A DNA stretch of 58,214 nucleotides from Oscillospiraceae bacterium (GTDB taxonomy: Bacteria > Bacillota > Clostridia > Oscillospirales > CAG-272): NCBI GenBank assembly GCA_015064095.1, contig SVSW01000004.1:1-58214 (forward strand), read 5' to 3'. Positions 41,377 through 47,915 of the stretch are shown here, in pieces. Made by a program: the position numbers and the translations under genes. The notes beneath the pieces were generated by a model. It worked only from the letters and a program-made list of their open reading frames with translations, made no database searches and was not told where the DNA came from. How positions within the stretch are numbered: the stretch's first letter is position 1; each line of letters starts with the position of its first letter.

Positions 41377-42300
41377 ATGAACATTAAAGATTGGACACAG
41401 ATAAAGCTGACCGTTTCGCAAAGCGATCTTTATACGGCGACGGCTATCATGGGAATGATCGACTTGAATCTTCAGATCGAGGATTATTCGGATATCGACC
41501 TTAAAACCTGCTACGGCGATCTTATAGACGAGAGCATACTTAATGCCGATAAAACGGTCGCGGCGGTCTCGGTCTATATTCCTGCCGAAAGAAGTGCTGC
41601 CGAGGCGCTTGCGTTCATCAAGGACCGCCTTGCAGAGGCGAAGATCGAGGGCAAGCTCGAGCTTGTCGGCGTAAACGAGGAGGACTGGGCGAACACGTGG
41701 AAGGCTTATTATAAGACCACAAGGATCGGCAAAAACATGGTCATCGTGCCGGCTTGGGAAACTTATGAGCCGAAGCCCGACGATATCGTTATTTCAATGG
41801 ACCCCGGCATGGCTTTCGGTACGGGAACGCATGAAACGACAAAACTTGTCATTGAGCTGCTTGAAAAATATGTCGTTGCCGGCGAGCGTATGCTTGATGT
41901 CGGCTGCGGAAGCGGTATACTTGCCATTTGCGCGGCAAAGCTCGGCGCAGGGGAATGTAAGGCTTACGATATAGATCCCGTTGCAGTTCGCGTTGCACGG
42001 GAGAACATAGAAAATTCGGGTCTTACGAGCGTTACGTGCGATCAGTCCGATCTTTTGCGTCAGGTCGATCTTGACGGCGGAAAGTATAAGCTCGTCACAG
42101 CAAACATAGTCGCGGATATCATTATTCGCCTTGCTCCCGATGTCGGTGCGTATATGACCGACGATGCGGTGCTGCTTGCATCGGGAATAATCGTCGAGCG
42201 AGCAGATGAGGTCATTTCGGCACTTGATGATTGCGGCTTCCGTGTTATCGAAAACCGCACCGAAAACGGTTGGTGCGCGCTGGCGCTTATGAAGAAATAA
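41377..42300 (+). CDS. prmA: Ribosomal protein L11 methyltransferase
   Basis: 307 aa with DPGMAFGTGTHETT and the SAM motif DVGCGSGILA. Confidence 0.92.
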   Translation: MNIKDWTQIKLTVSQSDLYTATAIMGMIDLNLQIEDYSDIDLKTCYGDLIDESILNADKTVAAVSVYIPAERSAAEALAFIKDRLAEAKIEGKLELVGVNEEDWANTWKAYYKTTRIGKNMVIVPAWETYEPKPDDIVISMDPGMAFGTGTHETTKLVIELLEKYVVAGERMLDVGCGSGILAICAAKLGAGECKAYDIDPVAVRVARENIENSGLTSVTCDQSDLLRQVDLDGGKYKLVTANIVADIIIRLAPDVGAYMTDDAVLLASGIIVERADEVISALDDCGFRVIENRTENGWCALALMKK

Positions 42301-42325
42301 AAATATTCGGAATGTTTTTTTGAAC

Positions 42326-42359
42326 AAAAAAGCGGAAAAGTTTATCTTTTCCGCTTTTT
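42326..42359. terminator. Bidirectional terminator between prmA and ygiQ (overlaps the last ygiQ codons)
   Basis: AAAAAA + GCGGAAAAG tttat CTTTTCCGC + TTTTT. Confidence 0.65.
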
Positions 42360-44192
42360 GTTTGTTTGCTTGCCCTGTGGTGAGGGCGATCTCTTTTCAC
42401 CGGATCGCACAAGGCAATTTTTGCCCGTTCCGATAAGGTCTGCCCGTCCGCACTTTATAAGTGCTTCGCGGACAAACGGTGCGTTTGCCGGCTTGTTAAA
42501 TTGCAGCAGCGCGCGCTGAAGCTGCTTTTCGTGGTAATCTGTTGCCACATAGACTTTCTTCATGGTAAAAGGATCGATTCCGGTATAAAACATGACGGTT
42601 GACGCCGTGCCGGGTGTTGGGTAAAAGTCTTGGACTTGCTCCGGCGCGTAGCCGTCCCGCTTTAAGCAGACAGCAAGCTCAAGGGCGTCCTTTAAGGTCG
42701 ATCCCGGGTGGCTTGACATAAGATAGGGAACAAGATATTGCTCTTTGCCTATCGATTTCGTTATCTCGAAAAATCTGCGTCTGAAGCCTTGATACACCTC
42801 AAATTTAGGCTTGCCCATATATCCGAGAACATTTGCGGAGCAGTGCTCGGGCGCAACCTTAAGCTGGCCGCTGACATTGTCGCGTACGAGCTTTTTGAAA
42901 AACGCATCGTTTTTATCAAGCATAAGATAATCGAATCTGATACCCGAACGAATGAACACTTTTTTGACACGGGGAAGCCGCTCGATCTCCGAGATCAGCT
43001 GCATATATTCCGTGTGGTCCACACGGAGATTTTTACATGGCGTTGGGGCAAGACACTTTCGGTTTGCGCAAACGCCGTTTTTCAGCTGCTGCTCGCAGGC
43101 AGGGGAACGGAAATTCGCAGTCGGACCGCCGACATCGTGTATATAGCCCTTAAAATCGGGCATTTCCGTTATGATCCTTGCCTCAGCGACAACGCTTTCG
43201 GCAGAGCGTGAACGCACAGTTCTTCCTTGGTGAAACGCAAGGGCGCAGAAATTGCACGCACCGAAGCAGCCGCGGTTATGCGTGACGGAAAACTTGACCT
43301 CCTCGATCGCAGGTACTCCGCCGAGTGCTTGATATGACGGGTGATACGTCCGCGTAAACGGCAGAGCGTATACTTCATCAAGCTCGTCCCTTTCAAGCGG
43401 TGGCATCGGCGGCGTTTGAACGAGCAGCTTGCCGTCGTATTTTTCCGTGATCGCTTTTCCGCTCACGGAATCCTGATTTTTATACTGAACGGCAAAAGCC
43501 TCGGCGTATTTTTTCTTATCTGCTTTGAGCTCGTTATAATCGAAGGTCGCTGCGACCTCAAAATGTATTTTGTCATCGGGCGAGGCGAGATAGACACAGC
43601 CGCGAACGTCGCGGATCTTTTTTATCGGAACACCGCGGTCAAGCAGCTCGGCAATTCGGCGAATGATGTTCTCTCCCATTCCGTAAGTCAAGATATCGGC
43701 GCGCGAATCAACGAGGATAGAACGGCGCACCTTGTCCGACCAGTAGTCATAGTGAGCAAAACGGCGCAAGGACGCTTCAAGACCGCCTATTATGATCGGC
43801 ACGTCACCGTAAGCCTCACGGATACGGTTGCAATAAACGATGGTTGCGCGATCGGGTCGCAGACCGGCCTTCCCGCCGGGCGAATAGTAATCGTACGTGC
43901 GTTTTTTCTTTGATACAGTGTAATGGGCGACCATGGAGTCGATATTTCCGGCACTGACGAGAAATCCGAGTCGCGGGCGACCAAATTCCCGAAAAGCATC
44001 GCAGCTTTTGTAATCGGGCTGGGATAGAACCGCCACGCGAAATCCGCGCGCCTCAAGCACTCGGCAGATAATAGCCGCGCCAAAGGACGGGTGATCGACA
44101 TACGCATCTCCCGTGACATATACAAAATCGGGTCTGTCCCAACCGCGTGCTGCACACTCCTCGCGGCTTATCGGCAAAAACTGTTTTTCCAT
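42342..44192 (-). CDS. ygiQ: YgiQ-family (UPF0313) radical SAM protein
   Basis: The listed ORF (44270) was trimmed to ATG 44192 (GGAGAG RBS; extended -10 TGATATAAT at 44221-44229 on the minus strand). The N-terminus FLPISREECAARGWDRPDFVYVTGDAYVDHPSFG is typical of YgiQ. The radical SAM motif is CFGACNFCALAFHQG. Confidence 0.85.
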   Translation of the reverse strand: MEKQFLPISREECAARGWDRPDFVYVTGDAYVDHPSFGAAIICRVLEARGFRVAVLSQPDYKSCDAFREFGRPRLGFLVSAGNIDSMVAHYTVSKKKRTYDYYSPGGKAGLRPDRATIVYCNRIREAYGDVPIIIGGLEASLRRFAHYDYWSDKVRRSILVDSRADILTYGMGENIIRRIAELLDRGVPIKKIRDVRGCVYLASPDDKIHFEVAATFDYNELKADKKKYAEAFAVQYKNQDSVSGKAITEKYDGKLLVQTPPMPPLERDELDEVYALPFTRTYHPSYQALGGVPAIEEVKFSVTHNRGCFGACNFCALAFHQGRTVRSRSAESVVAEARIITEMPDFKGYIHDVGGPTANFRSPACEQQLKNGVCANRKCLAPTPCKNLRVDHTEYMQLISEIERLPRVKKVFIRSGIRFDYLMLDKNDAFFKKLVRDNVSGQLKVAPEHCSANVLGYMGKPKFEVYQGFRRRFFEITKSIGKEQYLVPYLMSSHPGSTLKDALELAVCLKRDGYAPEQVQDFYPTPGTASTVMFYTGIDPFTMKKVYVATDYHEKQLQRALLQFNKPANAPFVREALIKCGRADLIGTGKNCLVRSGEKRSPSPQGKQTNKKRKR

Positions 44193-44251
44193 TGATCTCT
44201 CCGAAAAAAATCTATAACCTATTATATCACGATCCGGGGAGATTTGCAAGC

Positions 44252-44279
44252 AAAAAACCCTTGTGTGCACAAGGGTTTT
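44252..44279 (-). terminator. Rho-independent terminator downstream of the small-ORF pair
   Basis: On the minus strand: AAAACCCTTG tgcaca CAAGGGTTTT followed by a T-run (complement of the A-run at 44252-44257). Confidence 0.65.
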
Positions 44280-44283
44280 GTTT

Positions 44284-44370
44284 TCATTTTTCTTTTTTGT
44301 CCTTTTTTCGCAGTAAAGTAGATAAAAAAGGGCGCAAGAGGGCGGGGGATTTGATCACGACTATCTTCAT
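44284..44370 (-). CDS. Candidate 28-aa peptide MKIVVIKSPALLRPFLSTLLRKKDKKEK (not in the ORF track, below its size cut-off)
   Basis: The ATG lies 7 nt after GGAG, in TAAGGAGAACTGCCATG, which overlaps the stop of the upstream small ORF. A terminator follows directly. Caveat: it uses two TTA codons, which core genes here largely avoid. Confidence 0.3.
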   Translation of the reverse strand: MKIVVIKSPALLRPFLSTLLRKKDKKEK

Positions 44371-44381
44371 GGCAGTTCTCC

Positions 44382-44537
44382 TTAATTTGAGTTGCAAAGC
44401 AAAAGACCGGCAGCTAGTATAACGGCTGCCTCAATAAAGGCAATTATAATTCCGGGCATGATAAACGAAACGAGCACTCCGGCGCCGAAGCAAAGCGCAC
44501 CGATGCCTATTATACGTCGCAAACAATTTCTACACAT
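44382..44537 (-). CDS. Candidate 51-aa small membrane protein MCRNCLRRIIGIGALCFGAGVLVSFIMPGIIIAFIEAAVILAAGLLLCNSN (not in the ORF track)
   Basis: I reverse-complemented 44382-44537 by hand. An AAAGGA RBS lies 8 nt upstream of the ATG. The product has two consecutive hydrophobic segments split by MPG and an N-terminal CxxC. It lies between two terminators. Caveat: it uses CTA, TCA and ATA codons. Confidence 0.45.
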   Translation of the reverse strand: MCRNCLRRIIGIGALCFGAGVLVSFIMPGIIIAFIEAAVILAAGLLLCNSN

Positions 44538-44575
44538 AAAAAAGGTCCTTTCGGTTTCTTGTTAGCAGTATATGC

Positions 44576-44614
44576 AAAAAAACGCGACACGGTGAAAACC
44601 GTGTCGCGTTTTTT
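44576..44614 (-). terminator. Strong rho-independent terminator after the Cys-Asp repeat gene
   Basis: A 10-bp GC-rich stem CGCGACACGG tgaaaa CCGTGTCGCG is flanked by A7 and T6 runs, so it is bidirectional in form. Confidence 0.8.
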
Positions 44615-44625
44615 GGGAACTCTTA

Positions 44626-45051
44626 TCAGTCCTCGTCTTCCTCGCAGTCGCAAACGAGCTTTTCGCCGCAAGCGGGGCAGGAAAGATCCTCGGGGTCGAT
44701 CTCACCGTCAAAAACGATGATCTCGCCGCAAGCAGGGCAAGTGATCTCAAAGCTGTCGTCGCAGTCACAGTCGCAATCGCAGTCACAGTCGCAATCGCAG
44801 TCACAGTCGCAATCGCAGTCATCGTCACAGCACTCGTAGATCTCCTCTTCAAGTGCGCCGAGGTCCTCGTCGATCTCCTCAATGTAGTCGTTGAGGTATT
44901 CAAGATCCTCATCGGTCTCTGCCTGAGCATTTGCGATATCACCGACGATGTCGATGAGTGCGCCGATAAGCTTGCCTTCTGCTGTGTCCTTATCGAGGTT
45001 AAGTCCCTCTGCAAGACCCTTTATATATGCTGCCTTTTCGGAAAGTGTCAT
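44626..45051 (-). CDS. Acidic protein with helical N-domain, (Cys-Asp)10 tract and C-terminal CPxCG...CPxCG zinc ribbon; function unknown
   Basis: 141 aa: MTLSEKAAYIKGLAEGL...EEIYECCDDD(CD)10D SFEITCPACGEIIVFDGEIDPEDLSCPACGEKLVCDCEEDED. It lies 22 nt downstream of efp on the same strand and is followed by a strong terminator. The N-domain may correspond to what is annotated in Clostridia as a CD1247 N-terminal domain; I cannot verify this here. Confidence 0.75.
   Translation of the reverse strand: MTLSEKAAYIKGLAEGLNLDKDTAEGKLIGALIDIVGDIANAQAETDEDLEYLNDYIEEIDEDLGALEEEIYECCDDDCDCDCDCDCDCDCDCDCDCDDSFEITCPACGEIIVFDGEIDPEDLSCPACGEKLVCDCEEDED
44761..44820. repeat. Perfect tandem repeat, 18-bp unit GCAGTCACAGTCGCAATC x 3.3 (hexamer sub-periodicity), encoding the Cys-Asp tract
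   Basis: Read directly: 44761-44820 consists of ten hexamers in the pattern gcagtc acagtc gcaatc repeated three times plus one further gcagtc. Confidence 0.95.
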
Positions 45052-45073
45052 GATAAATTACCTCGTTTCTTAA

Positions 45074-45631
45074 TTATGCGCGGCCAAGATACTCGCCTGT
45101 GCGTGTGTCGATCTTGATAAGCTCGCCCTCGTTGATGAAAAGCGGGATCTTGATCGTTGCACCGGTCTCGAGTGTGCCGGGCTTAAGTGTGTTCTGAGCT
45201 GTATTACCTGCAAAGCCGGGCTCTGTGGACTCAACAACGAGCTCAACGAATGTGGGGGGCTCAACGCCGAAAACATTGCCCTTGTAGGAAATGATCTTGC
45301 ACATCATCTCCTCCTTGACGAACTTGAAGTTATCGGGGAGCTTGTCGCTGTTAAGCGGAAGCATCTCGAAGGTCTCCATGTCCATGAAGTAATAGAGATC
45401 GCCGTCGTTGTATGAATACTGCATGTCCTTTCTGTCGATGTATGCATTCTCAAACTTGTCAGTCGGGCTGAAGGTCTTTTCAAGTACCGAGCCTGTGATG
45501 ACGTTTCTGAGCTTTGTGCGAACAAAGGCCGCACCCTTGCCGGGCTTTACGTGCTGGAATTCGATGACCTGGAAAACATTACCCTCGTCTTCAAAGGTCA
45601 CGCCGTTTTTGAAATCGCCTGCTACTACCAT
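45074..45631 (-). CDS. efp: Elongation factor P
   Basis: 185 aa with [19 protein letters not shown] (the conserved loop Lys). Confidence 0.96.
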   Translation of the reverse strand: MVVAGDFKNGVTFEDEGNVFQVIEFQHVKPGKGAAFVRTKLRNVITGSVLEKTFSPTDKFENAYIDRKDMQYSYNDGDLYYFMDMETFEMLPLNSDKLPDNFKFVKEEMMCKIISYKGNVFGVEPPTFVELVVESTEPGFAGNTAQNTLKPGTLETGATIKIPLFINEGELIKIDTRTGEYLGRA

Positions 45632-45676
45632 AATAATCCTCCAAAATCTGTCGGTGTTTTTTTATAATTACACTAT

Positions 45677-45705
45677 ATTTTACACTATTTTTGCCAAGAT
45701 TGCAA
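45677..45705 (-). promoter_or_regulatory. Sigma-A-type promoter for efp
   Basis: On the minus strand: TTGCAA, 17 nt, TAAAAT. Confidence 0.5.
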
Positions 45706-45763
45706 GGGGTAAAGCGTATTTTCTTTGAAAAAATCAAAAAAATCACTCAAAATCAAAATTCTG

Positions 45764-45792
45764 TTGACAAATCGGCATTAAAATATTATAAT
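45764..45792 (+). promoter_or_regulatory. Sigma-A-type promoter for yicC-remA-gmk-rpoZ...
   Basis: TTGACA (45764-45769), 17 nt, TATAAT (45787-45792). Confidence 0.6.
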
Positions 45793-45826
45793 TATAATGA
45801 TTATTTATTGCTATTTGGGAGTAATT

Positions 45827-46714
45827 ATGTTAAAGAGTATGACTGCTTTCGGCCGCGCCGAGGCAGAAACAGACGGAAAAAAGATCACGGTTGAGCTTCG
45901 TTCGGTCAATTCAAGATATTTTGAGTGCTCGGTCCGTATGCCGCGCGCGCTCGGCTTTGGCGATGATAAGGTCAAAAGCTATCTTTCCTCGAACGGAATT
46001 TCTCGCGGTAAGGTCGATGTGAATATATCGGTCGAGAGAACCGAGCCCCTGCCCGTCAAGGTCGGGATCGACCGCGCATATGCCGACGGATATGTTGCCG
46101 CCCTGCGCGAGCTTTCGGAGCTTTACGGACTGCCGAACGATATAAGCACTATGCGCGTTGCCTCAAATCGCGATATCTTCACATTCGAAAAAGAAGCCGA
46201 AGATGCAACGAAGGATTGGGATACTGTTTCCCCCGTTATCGATTCCGCGCTTGCGGCGTTCCTTGCGGCACGGAGTGAAGAAGGAGAAAGACTTTGCGCG
46301 GATCTTGATATTAAGATCGAAGGAGTAAAGGCTCTTGTCGATAAGATCGAGGTCTTGTCGGTCGCCGATATCGCCGCGGCACGTGAGCGCATTGAGGCAA
46401 GGCTTAAAAAGATGCTCGGTGATCTTGAAATCACGGCAGATGAGAACAGAATACTCACCGAATGCGCGATATATTCCGATAAGATCGCCATTGACGAGGA
46501 GCTTGTGCGTTTGCGTTCTCATTTTGCAGCTTACGAAAAGATCGTTTCGTCGGGTGAGCCTGCCGGAAGAAAGCTCGATTTTCTCATGCAGGAGATGAAT
46601 CGCGAGATCAACACGATCGGTTCAAAATGTCAAAACTCAGCCACGGCTCACATCGTTGTTGACGTAAAGTGCGAGTTCGAAAAGATAAGAGAGCAAATAC
46701 AAAATATAGAATAA
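45827..46714 (+). CDS. yicC: YicC-family stress-induced protein (endoribonuclease-like)
   Basis: The listed ORF (45797) was trimmed to ATG 45827. It carries [12 protein letters not shown] and the C-terminal [17 protein letters not shown]. Confidence 0.88.
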   Translation: MLKSMTAFGRAEAETDGKKITVELRSVNSRYFECSVRMPRALGFGDDKVKSYLSSNGISRGKVDVNISVERTEPLPVKVGIDRAYADGYVAALRELSELYGLPNDISTMRVASNRDIFTFEKEAEDATKDWDTVSPVIDSALAAFLAARSEEGERLCADLDIKIEGVKALVDKIEVLSVADIAAARERIEARLKKMLGDLEITADENRILTECAIYSDKIAIDEELVRLRSHFAAYEKIVSSGEPAGRKLDFLMQEMNREINTIGSKCQNSATAHIVVDVKCEFEKIREQIQNIE

Positions 46715-46733
46715 TCGAAGAAGAAGGCATACT

Positions 46734-47003
46734 ATGAAATTCATCAATGTAGGCTTTGGAAACATGGTGGCGGCAGAGCGCGTGGTCGCGCTGGTCAGCC
46801 CCGATTCCGCGCCGATAAAAAGACTTATTCAGGACGCAAAGGACGCAGGACGCACGATAGACGTTTCCTGCGGCAGAAGAACGAGAGCCGTGATAATCAC
46901 GGACAGCGAGCACGTCATACTTTCTGCGATCGAGGCAAAAACGATAGCAAACAGACTCGATAGCGGTGCTGACAGCGACGAGGGAGCAGAGGAAGATGAA
47001 TAA
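46734..47003 (+). CDS. remA: DUF370 / RemA-family regulator
   Basis: 89 aa with [30 protein letters not shown]. It holds the conserved yicC-remA-gmk position. Confidence 0.85.
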   Translation: MKFINVGFGNMVAAERVVALVSPDSAPIKRLIQDAKDAGRTIDVSCGRRTRAVIITDSEHVILSAIEAKTIANRLDSGADSDEGAEEDE

Positions 47004-47625
47004 GGGACTTATACTCGTCATATCGGGTCCTGCCGGAAGCGGCAAGGGAACGGTCAACAAAATACTTAGAGAAACAGGAGAGTATATCTACTCTGTGTCA
47101 AAGACAACGAGATCGCCCCGACCCGGAGAGGTAGACGGTCAGGATTACTCCTTTGTCACAAAAGAGGATTTTATGCGCTCTCTTGCGGCAAACGATTTTC
47201 TTGAATATAACGAATACTGCGGAAATTTCTACGGCACGCCGAAAAGCACGACCGAAAAGGCGGTTGAAAACGGAAAGAACGTTATTCTCGAAATAGACGT
47301 CAACGGCGCTCGCAACGTGAAAAAGAATTGCCCGGACGCGATACTAATAATGCTTTTGCCGCCCTCGTTTGAGGAGCAGGAAAAGCGCCTGCGCGGCCGA
47401 GCTACGGAAACCGAAGAAAAGATACAGTCGCGCCTTATGCAGACACACTATGAGATCGATCAGCTCTCTATGTATGATTACGTAGTCATAAACGGTGACA
47501 AAGAGGCAGCGAAAGCGGCAGAGGACATAATGGCAATAGTTCGCGCAGAAAAGAGCGCGGAGAAAAGAAACCCCGATATTAAACAAAAATATTTCAATAC
47601 AGATAAAAAGGAGACACAAGAATGA
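46996..47625 (+). CDS. gmk: Guanylate kinase
   Basis: The listed ORF (46966) was trimmed to ATG 46996. It carries the P-loop [11 protein letters not shown] and [15 protein letters not shown]. Confidence 0.93.
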   Translation: MNKGLILVISGPAGSGKGTVNKILRETGEYIYSVSKTTRSPRPGEVDGQDYSFVTKEDFMRSLAANDFLEYNEYCGNFYGTPKSTTEKAVENGKNVILEIDVNGARNVKKNCPDAILIMLLPPSFEEQEKRLRGRATETEEKIQSRLMQTHYEIDQLSMYDYVVINGDKEAAKAAEDIMAIVRAEKSAEKRNPDIKQKYFNTDKKETQE

Positions 47626-47915
47626 TTTATCCTACGATACAGGAGCTTACAAAGGGCAAATACAATCGCTATGAGCTTGCTATTGCAACCGCAAAGGGTG
47701 CAAGAGTTATTACCGATGAGTATGTACGTCAGCGCGCTGCGGCCGAAAGCGCCGTCGGCGGCAATAAGGATAACGACAAGCCCGTTGCAAATATGATAGA
47801 TAAAAAACTCAAGGACGAAAAGGCTGTCAAGATCTCGATAGATAAGATCGGCAGCGGGGAGTTCGTCATATTCGAGGAAAAAGAGAACGCAGAGCTTCAG
47901 GCGGTCGAGGAGTAA
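47622..47915 (+). CDS. rpoZ: DNA-directed RNA polymerase subunit omega
   Basis: 97 aa with NRYELAIATAKGARVI. It holds the conserved position after gmk. Confidence 0.85.
   Translation: MIYPTIQELTKGKYNRYELAIATAKGARVITDEYVRQRAAAESAVGGNKDNDKPVANMIDKKLKDEKAVKISIDKIGSGEFVIFEEKENAELQAVEE

Noticed and set aside
44147-44422. A 91-aa plus-strand ORF spans the ygiQ start and the small-ORF gap.
   Set aside because: It overlaps the ygiQ 5' end and its promoter in antisense, crosses a terminator hairpin and has no RBS. The minus-strand small ORFs, which do have SD sequences, explain the region better.
44755-44832. The regularly spaced short repeat could be mistaken for a mini CRISPR array or a satellite.
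   Set aside because: The units are contiguous with no spacers, have 6/18-bp periodicity, and lie in frame inside a CDS encoding Cys-Asp dipeptides. This is a coding tandem repeat, not a CRISPR array.
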